From: Mustelus asterias
Taxonomy: Eukaryota
Direction of reading: 5' to 3'
Assembly: GCF_964213995.1 (NCBI RefSeq)
Contig: NC_135805.1
Location: forward strand, 22,816,001 to 22,880,000
DNA length: 64,000 nucleotides
Shown here one piece after another: positions 36,820 through 50,492 of this stretch. A program made the position numbers and the translations under genes. The notes under the pieces were generated by a model, which did no database searches, was not told where the DNA came from, and saw only the letters and a program-made list of their open reading frames with translations. Positions within the stretch are counted from its first letter, which is position 1, and each line of letters begins with the position of its first letter.

Positions 36820-37772
36820 AAGGAGCTATGAACATGTACCCCTAGATCTCTTTGTTTTGTAACTCTCCCCAACGCCCTACCATTAACTGAGTAAGTCCTG
36901 CCCTGGATCAATCTATCAAAATGCATCACCTCGCATTTGTCTAAATTAAACTCCATCTGCCATTCGTCAGCCCTCTGGCCCAATTGATCAAGATCCCGTT
37001 GCAATTGGAGATAACTTTCTTCACTGTCCACTATGCCACGAATCTTGGTGTCATCTGCAAACTTACTAACCATGCCCCCTATATTCTCATCCAAATCATT
37101 AATATAAATGACAAATAACAGTGGGCCCTGCACTGATCCCTGAGGCACACCGCTGGCCACAGGCCTCCAGTTTGAAAAACAACTCTCTACAACCACCCTC
37201 TAATTTTGTATCCATTTAGCTACCTCACCCTGGAGCCCGTGAGATTTAACCTTATGCAACAACCTACCATGCGGTACCTTGTCAAAGGCCTTGCTAAAGT
37301 CCATGTAGACAACATCAACTGCACTGCCCTCATCTACCTTCTTGGTTACCCCTTCAAAAAACTCAATTAAATTTGTGAGACATGATTTTCCACTCACACA
37401 GTCATGCTGACTGTCCTTAATCAGTCCTTGCATCTCTAAATGCCTGTAGATCCTGTCTCTCAAAATACCTTCCAACAATTTACCCACCACAGATGTGAGG
37501 CTCACTGGCCTGTAGTTCCCAGACTTTTCCCTGCAGCCCTTTTTAAAAATGCCAATCTTCAGGCACCTCACCCGTGACTCGATTCAAATATCTCGGCTGG
37601 GGGACCCGCAATTTCCTCCCTAGCCTCCCACAACGTCCTGGGATATACTTCATCAGGTCCTGTGGATTTATCTACCTTGATGCACTTTAAGACTTCCAGC
37701 ACCACCACCTCTGTAATATGTACACTCCTCAAGACATCACTATTTATTTCCCCAAGTTCCCTAATATCCATT
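36820..37772 (-). mobile_element. CR1 LINE internal RT fragment
   Basis: ORFs 36804-37196, 37200-37571 and 37568-37771 (YMDFSKAFDKVPH, FADD). Confidence 0.9.
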
Positions 37773-37789
37773 CATCCATGTTGACCAAC

Positions 37790-39725
37790 AATGGCAGGCA
37801 TTTGTGAAAATAATTCATGACTCACAACAATGATGTATCACTGTGAGGGAGGAGGATTCTAGGAAGAGTATAAACCAACCATGGTTAACCAAGTAAGTTA
37901 AGGATAGTATTAAACTAAAATAAAATGCACAATGTACCAAAGATTTGTGGTAAACCAGAGGATTGGGAAAGTTTTAAAAACCAACAAAAGATGACCAAGA
38001 AATAAAAAGTGGGAGCAGATAAACGAAGGGTAAACCAGCAACTAATATAAAAGCGAGATAGTACGAACTTTAAATACATAAAAAGGAAGAGAGAGGCCAA
38101 AGCGAACATAGGTCCCATAGAGAATGAGACTGGGGAAATAATGGGGAACCAAGAAATGACAGAGGAATTAAATACTTTGCGTCAGTCTTCACAGTGGAAG
38201 ACACTAATAACATCGGGGCAAAAAGTGGAGGGAATAAATGCAACGACTAGCACTAGAGATCTAGTACTACGCAAACTAATGAGGCTGAAGGTTGATAAGT
38301 CCCCTGAACCTGATGGATTGCATCCTAGGATATTAATGGAAATCGCTATAGAGTTAGGTGCAGTGATAGTAATCTTCCAAAAATACTTCAATGCTGGAAA
38401 AGGTCCCGGAGGATTGGAAAACTGCCAATGTAACATCCTTTTTCAAAAAGGGGAAAAGGTAACTATAGGCCAGTTAGCTTAACATCTGTCATTGGGAAAA
38501 TGTTAACCATTCTAAAGGATGTAATAGAGCATTTAGAAATATGTTGTTATAATTCTTTTGAGGCAGTAACAAACAGGATAAATAAAGGGGAACCAGCAGA
38601 TGTAATATGCTTCCAAAAAGTGTTTGATAAGGTACCACACAAAAGGCTACTTCATTTAAGAGCCCATGTGTTGAAAGTAATATATTAGCATGGATAGAGG
38701 GTTATCTATCTAGAGAATTGGGATGAGGGACATTTTCAGGATGGCAACTTGTAACTAGTGGAGTGCTCCAGGGATCAGTGCTGGGACCACAATTGTTTAC
38801 AATATATATCAATGACTTGGATATGGGAAGTGAATGTACTATTGCCAACTTTACGGATGACATAAAAATAGGTGGGAAGGCAAGTGGTGAGGATGACAGT
38901 CTACAGAGGGCAATGAATGATCAAAGACTTGGCAGATGGAATATAATGTTGGAAAATGTGAAGTTATGCACTTTGGTAAGAAGAATAAAGGAGCTGAATA
39001 TTTTTTTAAATTGAGAGACTGCAGCACAGAGGGATTTGGGGGCCCTCATTCATAAAGCTGGCATGCAAGTTCAGCAGGTAATAGGGAAGGCAAAGGAATG
39101 TTGGCTTTTATTTCAAAGAGAATGGAGTATGCATGTCTTGCTAAAACTGTACAAGGCCCTAGTTAGACCACAACTGGAATACTGTGAACAGTTTTTGTCC
39201 CCATATCTAAGGAAAGGTAAACTGGCATTGGAAGCAGCCGAGAGAAGGTTTTCTAGGTTGATCCTGGGTATGGAGGGATTTTATGAGAGGTTGAGTAGGT
39301 TGGGCCTGTACTGTTGGGAGTTCAGAAGAATGAGAGGTGACATTGAGACATATAGGATTCTCAGGGGGCTTGATAGGGTAGATGCTGAGAGGATGTTTCC
39401 CCTTGTGCGAAAGTCTAGGCCCAGAGGGCATGATCTCAGAGTAAGGGGTCACCATTTAAGACAGACTAGGAGGAATTTCTTCTCTGAGAGGGTAGTGAAT
39501 CTGTGGAATTCTTTACCGCAGAGGGCTGTGGAGGCTGGGTGGTTAAGTATGTTCAAGGCTGAGATAGACAGATTTTTAATTAGTATGGGAATCAAAGGTT
39601 ATCATCGGGATGAGGCAGGAAAGTGGAGTTGAGTATTATCAGATCAGTCAAGATCTCATTGAATGGCAATCGTTGATCTCATTGGGCCAGATGGCCTGCT
39701 TCTGCCCCTACGCCTTATGGTCTGC
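37790..39725 (+). mobile_element. Degenerate CR1 LINE (ORF2 3' two-thirds plus 3' UTR)
   Basis: ORF fragments 38141-38482, 38763-39014 and 39036-39632. Confidence 0.9.
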
Positions 39726-41195
39726 ATGTTTTGGCATCCTGATTTGCCAGATTTTGATCTTTTGAATCTTGCTGTTGTGATCTTGGTTTAAAAAGAAAAT
39801 GCAGACAGAGTAGCTTGTTTATTATGGAAATGGCAGAAATGTAGAATGTAACCCAACACGACACAATACCAGATATCTTAGCACATCCAGGCAGTGCAGT
39901 GTGACGTTCATAACTTCTAATGTTGCCCAGTTGGTGCCAGGCCAACCAGCTGGAGTATGCCAAGTTTATGTTTGCACGATGCAGTAAATCTCCTCTGAGC
40001 CACCTTCCCAGCTGATCAGGCAGAGAGAACTTGGCTTTTTGTATTTCCCATCTACACGCCGCGACCGTACCCAGGCTCCTGTGTGAAGCGGACTCTCAAT
40101 TGGAGGTCTTGGACCTGTCCTTCGGTCCTAGGTGAGTGTTCTGTATTGTGCGATCCACATCTCAAAGCACAAGTAATACTTTCTCCTCTCGCTATTGTGC
40201 CCTTTAATCCCTCACTTCAATTTCTCTCGTATTCTATAGGGGAACCACAGCCTCTGTTTACTTGGATATGCCTCTCCTTTTCCTTTGTGGTATATTTGTT
40301 TCCTGTTTAGAAGCTCTTAAGAGTTTTTTTTTGTTTTAAAACAAATCTTTTTTGGTAGAACTAGTTCAGAGGAAATAGTCACCCCAGGTTTGTTCTGCTT
40401 TGCTGCCAGTACCTGCTGTCAGGAGAATAAAAGGACTGCCCAATGGCAAGCCTCCTCTGTTACCTTGTGTACCTTATCAGGGCACGGCCGAAAGCAAACA
40501 CCGTGTGCTTGCACTTGAGCCTGCTCTTTGGGAATATAAGCAGCCTTGTTTGTTTAGGTGGCAGCACAGACCAAATTTAAGAGTCCCATGAGAGGTAGCT
40601 CATAAGAGGGTGAGGCATTGAAAGAAGAGAAGGGCAGGCGCAGGGCGACTGTGTCACCATCGTAAAACCAGAACAGTCTGCAAGTGTTGGTTGTTACTCT
40701 AGTAAACTGAGGGGGGGGGGTGCGGGGGTATGGACTTTGGGGTTATTCAGCCTGGCATTGCCATGTTTTACATGATCAGCTTGCCTTTCATGATAGAGCT
40801 ACCATCAGTCGCAAAATGATTGTTTAGAAGTAGTTAAGACAAATACCACTTTTGAGGCCAGAGTAAGTTCAACTTAGGAACTCTATTACAAGCATGCAGG
40901 GGAATAGTTAAGCTAACCGAAACATCTGAGTAATTACAATAACATACATTTATACTCAATACAGTTGCAGCTGGCCATGGGGTATTATTGGTGGTATTAT
41001 TATTATTGGTAGTATTATTGCTGGACTATTAATTCAGAAACTCGGATAATGTTCTGGGGACCCGGGTTCGAATCCCGCCACAGCAGGTGGTGGAATTTAG
41101 AATTCAATAAAAATATCTGGAAATAAGAATTACTGATGACCAGGAAAGCATTGTTGATTATTGGGAAAACCTATCTGGTTCACGAATGCCCTTTA

Positions 41196-41434
41196 AGAAC
41201 ATAGAACAGTACAGCACAGAACAGGCCCTTCGGCCCACGATGTTGTGCCGAGCTTTATCTGAAACCAAGACCAAGCTATCCCACTCCATATCATCCTGGT
41301 ATGCTCCATGTGCCTATCCAATAACCGCTTAAATGTTCCTAAAGTGTCTGACTCCACTATCACTGCAGGCAGTCCATTCCGCACCCCAACCACTCTCTGC
41401 GTAAAGAACCTACCTCTGATATCCTTCCTATATC
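41196..41434 (-). mobile_element. CR1 3' tail insertion (same subfamily as 26040-27741)
   Basis: Near-identical to the reverse complement of 27500-27741. Flanked by CTTTA on both sides. Confidence 0.88.
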
Positions 41435-41493
41435 TCTTTAGGCAAGGAAATCTGCCGTCCTCGCCTGGTCTATATGTGACCCCAGAGCCACAG

Positions 41494-44022
41494 TGTTGTG
41501 AAGTGTGGTCCCTTTAAAAGCTGGTTTTGTGTCATGGATGTTTAAAATCCAGGTGCCTACAGGGTACACAGTCCTGCAACATTTGTAACAAGGAACTAGC
41601 ATCAGGGTTGCCTTGGTAACAGGCTTTGCAGGGCTTTGAATTTTGACAGCCTATCAGTTTAAAGAAGACACTCAGTACTGGATCAAGCTAGAGTCCCAGG
41701 CTAGCCACACCGACCCCCGCCGACTATGGCAAGGTCTGCAAGACATAACAGGCTACAAGATGAAGGCATGTAAAATCGCCGGCTCCAACGTACCCCTCCC
41801 TGATGAGCTCAATGCATTCTACCCTCGTTTTGAGCAAGAGGTCAGCGACAGCATGCGCTCCACCCTGGAAGCCCCGAATGAACATGAATCTGAGGTCGCC
41901 ATTGCAGATGTCAGAGCAGCCTTTTCGAAGGTCAACCCACGGAAAGCGACTGGCCCAGACGAGCACTCAGATCCTGCGTGGATCAGCTGGCGGGGGTATT
42001 CACAGACATCTTCAACCTCTCTTTACAGCAATCTGAGGTCCCTATTTGCTTCAAGAAGACGCCCATCATCCCGGTACCTAAGAAAAACCAAGCAGCGTGC
42101 CTTCATGACTATCGGCTGGAGGCTCTGACATCCATCATTATGAAGTGCTTCAAAAGGTTACTCATGGCACTAATCAATTCCAGCCTCCTGGACTACCTGG
42201 ATCCACTACAGTTTGCCTACCGCCGCAACAGGTACATAGCAGACGATATCCCCCTGGCCCTACACTCAACCCTGGAACACCTAGATATCAAGGACACCTA
42301 TGTCAGACTCCTATGTATTGACTATAGCTCAGCCTTCAACACTATTATTCCCACGAAACTCATCTCCAAACTGCATGGCCTGGGCCTCGGCAGCTCTGCA
42401 ACTGGATCCTGAACTTCCTAACTCTCAGACCGCAATTAGTAAGGATAGGCAACAACATCTCCTCCATGATCATCCTCAACACTGGTGCCCCATAAGGCTG
42501 TGTTCTCAGCCCCCTACTACACCCCTTATACACCTATGACTGTGCGGCCAAATTCCCCTCCAATTCGATTTTCAAATTTACTGACGACACCATCGTAGTG
42601 GGTCGGATCTCAAACAATGACGAGACAGAGTACAGGAATGAGAGAGAATCTGGTGAACTGGTGTGGCAACAATAATCTCTCCCTCAATGTTAACAAAACG
42701 AAGGAGATTGTCATCGACTTCAGGAAGCGTAAAGGAGAACATGCCCTGTCAACATCAATGGGGACAAAGTAGAAAGGGTCGAGAGCTTCAAGTTTTTAGG
42801 TGTCCAGATCACCAACAACCTGTCCTGGTCCCCCCATGCTGACACTATAGTTAAGAAAGCCCACCAAAGCCTCTACTTTCTCAGAAGACTAAGGAAATTT
42901 GGCATGTCAGCTATGACTCCAACTTTTACAGATGCACCATAGAAAGCATTCTTTCTAGTTGTATCACAGCTTGGTATGGTTCCTGCTCTGCCCAAGACCG
43001 CAAGGAACTACAAAAGGTCGTGAATGTAGCCCAGTCCATCACACAAACCAGCCTCTCATCCATTGACTCTGTCTACACTTCCCGGTGCCTCAGCAAAGCA
43101 GCCAGCATAATTAAGGACCCCACACACCCCGGATATTCTCTCTTCCACCTTCCATCGGGAAAAAGATACAAAAGTCTGAGGTCATGTACCAACCAACTCG
43201 AGAACAGCTTCTTCCCTGCTGCCACCAGACTTTTGAATGGACCTACCTTGCATTAAGTTGATCTTTTGCTACACCCTAGTTATGACTAACACTACATTCT
43301 GCACCCTCTTGTTTCCTTCTCTATGAACGGTATGCTTTGTCTGTACAGCGCGCAAGAAACAATACTTTTCACTGTATGTTAATACATGTGACAATATATC
43401 AAATCAAATCACAGCTAGCAGGAACCTATCAATTAAATTTGAATTTGCTGTTGACAACATCAGACCAATCCTGGTGCAGGAGATTTGGTAGATCATCACA
43501 GTTATAAAGAAGAATTCAACCACCTGCCTGCAGTTCAACTGAAGGGCTGCCACCTCTCGACACCTAGAGAGGGCTAAAAAAAACAATCTCAAGAGAACTC
43601 TCCATCCATCTTAAAAGAGCAAATCAGAAAGAGCCTCCAGGCAGCGGAATTGCCAGAAGAACTCAAGGTTTTTCCAAAGCCACAGAACCTGTTGTATATT
43701 TTGTTGAGAGTGAATTTAGTGACTAAATTCTATTTTTTTATGCTAATGAACGGTCCTTGTATTATTTGAACAGCTTTCCAGTAGAACCTTACTTGAATCG
43801 ATATATTACTTGTTTAGTTAAAGTTCCCGGTTGGTTAAATAAATAATTTGTTAATTATTCACTTAAAGTGAGTGTCAGGTCTTTCTGATAATGAACCTCT
43901 AAACGTTAATGATGAATAGTTAACATCTTCCCAAACACTTTAACAGATTATGAAGTGAGGTAATTCTTTTTGGGGGATTCAGCATTGCTTCTCAAAAGAG
44001 GATCAACCTCTGAGTCATAACA
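41494..44022. mobile_element. Solo LTR (~0.79 kb after removing the nested LINE), probably Gypsy-type
   Basis: Termini TGTTGTGA...TCATAACA (imperfect inverted repeats, TG..CA). 4-bp TSD ACAG at 41490-41493 and 44023-44026. It cleanly interrupts a SINE. Confidence 0.78.
41670..43410 (+). mobile_element. Rex1/Babar-clade LINE, 5'-truncated and degenerate
   Basis: [29 protein letters not shown] and [10 protein letters not shown] motifs. (CAAAT)n tail. Confidence 0.88.
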
Positions 44023-45159
44023 ACAGCAATGTGGCTGACTCTAAACTGCCCTCGAGCAACTAGGGATGGGCAATAAATGCTGGCCAGCCAGCGACACCGA
44101 TTTCCCACAAATGAATTAAAAGAATCATGTTTTGCCTCCAAGTTAGTCGGAAAGCACGGGCTGCAAGGAAAACAAAATGCAACTTGAAAACAGCTCACAT
44201 TTATTAGCTAAAGTGACTCCTATTTTAGCAAATACATTTAGGAAAACAGCAGATGTATAGGTCAAGGGTGCAATAACATGAATACAGTGGGGGACAGCTT
44301 TAATTAATAACTTTATAACTCATATTAACCCTTTAATCCCTGCATCAATCCCTCATGTTAGCCTCTGGTCAGTTCACATCTGACCCAGGTGGACACAATG
44401 ATTGAACTGTCAGCTAATAGGCTTGTCCAGGGATCTTACTGGATTCCTATGGGCATCAATTACTTGGTTCTATTTACATTACTAGCCAATTTGTAGTTCT
44501 CTTGCAGCCAGATGTCCACCTAGGCTTGGACCATGAATAACCAAATTAAATGCCATCAATATCATTTGGACATCCCCTCTTTGGATGTGTTGAGGCAGCA
44601 ACTAGGACATATCTCCTTTTCTTGACATCATTGCTAAATTGCAAAGTCGTCATCTTTGATAACAGGTGCAGATGCTGATCAGGGCAAGCACTGAAAAGAT
44701 GGTGGCAGCTCTTGTGCCTAATTCTAATTCTTACCAATTGTATTGCATTGGGCTTGCCTCGGTGCTCGTAATAGCAGAAGCCCTTAATACCCTGACAGAT
44801 TCTCTACTAAATCCACCTGCACTTTCAGTCGACTTGGCTTCTAGCTGTCAGTAGGGCCTTTTTTAACTCCTTGAGCAGCTTTTCCTGGCATGTAATCCTC
44901 ATTTAACTCGTCATCCCACCAAGGACTGCAAACCATACTCATCCGAGTTCTCCCTGCCGGGTAAAACTTTCCCAGGGTGAATGAGTCAGAAACCTGAAGT
45001 TGGAATATATTGTTTTTCCTACATCCCCAATCCTCCACAGAGATCATTATTCTTAGCAGTCAGAAAGCATCGCTGGGTTGGAGTTCCCTTGATTGCCCAG
45101 TTCAAAGGTTCTCTTTAGTGACCCCTTTTACAGGTCCGTGGCTGTCACTCAGGCAGCAC

Positions 45160-45546
45160 ATTGGGAGATCTTATTGAAACTTACAGGATACTGCGAGGCC
45201 TGGATAGAGTGGGCGTGGAGAGGATGTTTCCACGAGTGGGAAAAACTAGAACCAGAGGACGTAATCTCAGGCTAAAGGGACAATCCTTTAAAACAGAGAT
45301 GAGGAGGAATTTCTTCAGCCAGAGAGTGGTGAATCTGTGGAACTCTTTGCCGCAGAAGGCTGTGGAGGCCAGGTCATTGAGTGTCTTTAAGACAGAGATA
45401 GATAGGTTCTTGATTAATAAGGGGATCAGGGGTTATGAGGAAAAGGCAGGAGAATGGGGATGAGAAAAATATCAGCCATGATGAATGGCGGAGCAGACTC
45501 AGTGGGCCGAGTGGCCTAATTCTGTTCCTATGTCTTATGGTCTTAT
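45160..45546 (+). mobile_element. CR1 LINE 3' fragment
   Basis: ORF 45161-45463 (GDLIETY...FFSQRVVNLWNSLP). Tail TCTTATGGTCTTATG. Confidence 0.9.
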
Positions 45547-45814
45547 GCAAAGAAGCTCCCCACCTCACTCATTTATGTTCCCGATTCTTTTGCAGGATCA
45601 TTGTGCTTAAAGGGACTTTGTTAATGAGACCATTGTAGGATGGGATGTACTTTGTAATCTGTGGATAAAAGCGAAATACTGCGGATGTTGGAATCTGAAA
45701 TCAAAGCAGAAAATGCTGGAAATTCTCAGCTGGTCTGACAGCATCTGTGGAGAGAGAATAGAGTCTGACTCAAAACATTGGCTCTATTAAGATCTGTGGG
45801 TATTTATTTTTTTC

Positions 45815-46425
45815 AAAGTTTATTAGTGTCACAAGTGGGCTTACATTAACACAGCAATGAAGTCACTGTGAAAATCCCTTACTCCTCACACTCCGGCACC
45901 TGTTCAGGTACACTGAGGGAGAATTTAGCACGGCCAATGCACCTAACCAGCACGTCTTTCAGACTGCAAGGGGAAACCGGAGCACCCGGAGGAAACCCAC
46001 ACAGACATGGGGGAGAACATGCAGACTCTGCACAGACAGTGACCCAAAGCCGGGAATCGAACACGGGTCCCTGGCGCTGAGAGACAGAAGTGCTAGCCAC
46101 TGTGCCACCTTTGTTAAGCTAAAGGGGGAGTAAAGGAGTATTGTGTCATCATCCCATTTTCCATGCGTGGAGATTGCACATTCTCCCCGTGTCTGCGTGG
46201 GTTTCCTCTGGGTGCTCTGGTTTCCTCCCACAAATCGAAAGATGTGCGGATTAGATTGATTGGCCATGCTAAATTGCTCATAGTATCCTGGAATGTATAG
46301 CTTAGAGGGATTAGCGGGGTAAATGTGTGGGATTGTGGGGATGGAGCCTTGGGTGGGGCTATTGTTGGTGCAGATTTGATGGGCCGAATGGTCTCTTTCT
46401 GCACTGTAGGGTTGCTATATTTCTA
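45815..46425. mobile_element. Two V-SINE-like elements in opposite orientation (45815-46110 minus, 46165-46425 plus)
   Basis: The V-domain GGAAACCGGAGCACCCGGAGGAAACCCAC occurs once in each orientation. Confidence 0.82.
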
Positions 46426-46669
46426 TGTCTATGTAATAATTGGCAGTGCTGTTCCTCCATGTTTTTTAAAGAAATTAAAAGTTCTGGGGTTCCATTCTGG
46501 AATCTTCCCGTCCAGTTATCACATCAGCTGGGATCAGTTGGTAACAGTCATTATATGTAAGTGTAATTAAAACAGCAGATTTGGACTTAAAGGATTCTCC
46601 AACTCTACCTTTACCTGTATCCATCTTGTGGATAATCCTTATCAAATGTTCATAGATTGCATGGTGACG

Positions 46670-46900
46670 CTACTGATGACCATGAAGCCATTGTCGATTG
46701 TCGGAAAAACCCATCTGGTTCACTAATGTCCTTTCGGGAAGGAAATCTGCCATCCTTACCTGGTCTGGCCTACATGTGACTCCAGAGCCACAGCAATGTG
46801 GTTGACTCTCAAATGCCCTCTGAAACGGAGTGCGGTTAGGGATGCTGGGCAATAAATGCTGGGCCCAGCCAGCAATGCTCACATCCTGTAAAAATGAATT
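46670..46900 (+). mobile_element. SINE family 2 fragment
   Basis: AAAACCCATCTGGTTCACTAATGTCC...GGGCAATAAATGCTGG. Confidence 0.8.
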
Positions 46901-47594
46901 TTTAAAAATCCGCAGTCTTTATTCCACACTTTCCCATTCTCCATCCAAGTTAAGATGGTCTTGATTCTTGTTAAGTTAAAACTGTAATCAAAACTGAAAA
47001 TAAAAGTAAATGTTCACAATACAATGTTCATATTCTCAAAATGTACTCCAAATGAAACATAACAGTGGGGTGGAGTGGGTGGGTGAGAAGGGACAGACCT
47101 ATTGTGGGTTCCTCCTACTGGAACAATCCAAAGTGAACAAAGCTCGATTTGCTCCAACTCCTGATTTGAAATACTGGCACTTACACTACACTGCGCAAGA
47201 TTAGAACACAAACGGTTAACCACCCTTTAGTACAGAGACTTGTAGATGCCTTGACATTGACACGCAGAGACAAGAAAAATCACCAGACTCGAATAAAATA
47301 CACCAACAGCAACTTACATACAAGTTCTCCCAGTGGTTGGCCTGGGATCCATTTGGTCACAATCCAATTTGAACTTCTTCAAAACATACACGTTAAATAA
47401 GAACCGTTAGAAATGTGACTTGATGATGTGTTTTACTAACTACTATCAAATTTGATTAAATAGCAAACGTGTGAATTAAAAATTGCTTTAAAGGAGAATA
47501 GGGATAAACTCAGGGTACTGGGTTTAGGGTCCCAATCATCATATTCTTTACTTCAAATATCATATTCTTTACTTCAAATATTCTTTACTTCAAA

Positions 47595-48948
47595 ATTCTA
47601 GAATCCATCGTTAAGGATGAGATTTCTAAATTCTTGGAAGTGCAGGGTCGGATTAAGACAAGTCAGCATGGATTTAGTAAGGGGAGGTCGTGCCTGACAA
47701 ACCTGTTAGAGTTCTTTGAAGAGATAACAAATAGGTTAGACCAAGGAGAGCCAATGGATGTTATCTATCTTGACTTCCAAAAGGCCTTTGACAAGGTGCC
47801 TCACGGGAGACTGCTGAGTAAAATAAGGGCCCATGGTATTCGAGGCAAGGTACTAACATGGATTGACGATTGGCTGTCAGACAGAAGGCAGAGAGTTGGG
47901 ATAAAAGGTTCTTTCTCAGAATGGCAACCGGTGACAAGTGGTGTCCCGCAGGGTTCAGTGTTGGGGCCACAGCTGTTCTCTTTATATATTAACGATCTAG
48001 ATGACGGGACTGGGAGCATTCTGGCCAAGTTTGCCGATGATACAAAGATAGGTGGAGGGGCAGGTAGTATTGAGGAGGTGGGGAGGCTGCAGAAAGATTT
48101 AGACAGTTTAGGAGAGTGGTCCAAGAAGTGGCTGATGAAATTCAACGTGGGCAAGTGCGAGGTCGTACACTTTGGAAAAAAGAATAGAGGCATGGACTAT
48201 TTTCTAAACGGTGACAAAATTCATAATGCTAAAGTGCAAAGGGACTTGGGAGTCCTAGTCCAGGATTCTCTAAAGGTAAACTTGCAGGTTGAGTCCGTAA
48301 TTAAGAAAGCAAATGTAATGTTGTCATTTATCTCAAGAGGCTTGGAATACAAAAGCAGGGATGTACTTCTGAGGCTTTATAAAGCACTGGTTAGGCCCCA
48401 TTTGGAGTACTGTGAGCAATTTTGGGCCCCACACCTCAGGAAGGACATACTAGCACTGGAGCGGGTCCAGCGGAGATTCACACGGATGATCCCAGGAATG
48501 GTAGGCCTGACATACGATGAACGTCTGAGGATCGTGGGATTATATTCATTGGAGTTTAGGAGGTTGAGGGGAGATCTGATAGAAACTTACAAGATAATGA
48601 ACGGCTTAGATAGGATGGACGTAGGGAAGTTGTTTCCATTAACAGGGGAGACTAGGACGCGGGGGCACAGCCTTAGAATAAAAGGGAGTCACTTTAGAAC
48701 AGAGATGAGGAGAAATTTCTTCAGCCAGAGAGTGGTGGGTCTGTGGAATTCATTGCCACAGAGGGCTGTGGAGGCCGAGACGTTGAGCGTCTTCAAGACA
48801 GAAATTGATAAATTCTTGATTTCTCGAGGAATTAAGGGCTATGGGGAGAGAGCGGGTAAATGGAGTTGAAATCAACCATGATTGAATGGTGGAGTGGACT
48901 CGATGGGCCGAATGGCCTTACTTCCGCTCCTATGTCTTATGGTCTTAT
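47595..48948 (+). mobile_element. Young CR1 LINE, 5'-truncated, open RT frame
   Basis: ORF 47634-48869 (411 aa; YLDFQKAFDKVPH, FADD). Tail TCTTATGGTCTTAT. Confidence 0.95.
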
Positions 48949-49079
48949 AGTTCTGCAGCACAACTGGTTTTCACCTATCCGGTGCTTGCAACCTGTTCCT
49001 TCTCCTGTGTCCCCAACCCCCCACACAAGGCTTTCCACCTTTAGGAATATTCATTTAAGTTTTCCCACTGTTACCCTAA

Positions 49080-49452
49080 GGACACTAAATTGGATGTCAG
49101 TGTGTGCTATGAGGAGGATGCTAAGAGGCTGCAGAGTGACTTGGACAAGCTGACTGAATGAGCAAATACTTGGCAAATGCAATATAATGTGGATAAATGC
49201 GAGGTTATCCACTTTAGTGACAAAAACAGGAAGGAAGATTATTATCTGAAGGGTGGCAGTTTGGGAAGAGGGGAAGTGCAACATGACCTGGGTGTCATGG
49301 TGGAACAGTCACTGAAGGTTGGCATGCAGGTACAGCAGGCGGTGAGGAAAGCTAATGGCATGCTGGCCTTCATAGCAAGAGGATTTGAGTATAGGAGTAA
49401 AGATGTCTCACTGTAGTTATACAGGGCTTTGGTGAGGCCACATCTTGAGTAT
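49080..49452 (+). mobile_element. CR1 internal fragment
   Basis: ORF 49177-49416 (MQYNVDKCEVIHF...). Confidence 0.8.
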
Positions 49453-49687
49453 TTTTTTTATTCGTTAGTGGGACATGGGCATCACTGACTGGCCAGCATT
49501 TCTTGCCCATCCCTAGTTGCCCTTGCAGAGCAGTTGAGAGTCAACCACGTTGCTGTGGCTCTGTGGAGTGGTGATGACAATGGTTTCATGGTCATCAGTA
49601 GGTTCTTAATTCCACATTTTATTTATTGAATTCAAATTCCACCATCTGCCATGGTAAGATTCGAACCCGGATCCCCAGAACATTAGT

Positions 49688-50492
49688 CATAGAGTCATAG
49701 AGGTTTACAGGATGGAAACAGGCCCTTTGGCCCAACTTGTCCATGCCGTCCTTTCTTTTTTAAAACCTCTAAACTAATCCCAATTGCCCACATTTGGCCC
49801 ACATCCCTCTATACCCATCATACCCATGTAACTATCTAAATGCTTTTTAAAAGACAATATTGTACCTGCCTCTACTACTACCTCTGGCAACTTGTTCCAG
49901 ATACTCACCACCCTCTGTGTGAAAGAATTGCCCCTCTGGATACTTTTGTATCTCTCCCCTCTCATCTTAAACCCATGCTCTCTAGTTTTAGACTCCCCTA
50001 CCTTTGGGAAAAGATATTGACTATCGAGCTGACCTATGCCCCTCATTATTTTATAGACCTCTATAAGATCACCCCTCAGCCTCCTACACTCCAGAGAAAA
50101 AAGTCCCAGTCTATTCAGCCTCTCCTTATAACTCAATCCATCAAGTCCCAGTAGCATCCTAGTAAATCTTTTCTGCACTCTTTCTAGTTTAATAATATCA
50201 TTTCTATCATAGGGTGACCAGAATTGCGCACAGTATTCCAAGTGTGGCCTTACTAATGTCTTGTACAACTTCAACAAGACATTCCAACTCCTGTATTCAA
50301 TGTTCTGACCGATGAAACCAAGCATGCTGAATGCCTTCTTCACCACTCTGTCCACCTGTGACTCCACTTTCAAGGAGCTATGAACATGTGCCCCTAGATC
50401 TCTTTGTTCTGTAACTCTCCCCAACGCCCTACTATTAACTGAGTAAGTCCTACCCTGGTTCAATCTACCAAAATGCATCACCTCGCATTTGT
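49688..50492 (-). mobile_element. CR1 LINE 3' portion, flanked by SINE family 2 pieces
   Basis: ORF 49774-50481. Tail CTATGACTCTATGAC. Confidence 0.92.

Larger units (their letters stand above)
41010..44120 (+). mobile_element. SINE family 2 host copy (tRNA-like head GGGTTCGAATCCC), split by a CR1 tail and a solo LTR
   Basis: Pieces 41010-41195, 41435-41493 and 44023-44120 reassemble into a sequence matching the copy at 46670-46900. Confidence 0.8.

Noticed and set aside
40020-40140. Exon-like segment ending CTAG|GTGAGT
   Set aside because: An isolated donor with no clear acceptor, partner exon or recognisable peptide.
41010-41090. tRNA gene (GGGTTCGAATCCC B box)
   Set aside because: It is the head of a tRNA-derived SINE. 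There is no cloverleaf, and it runs directly into the SINE body.
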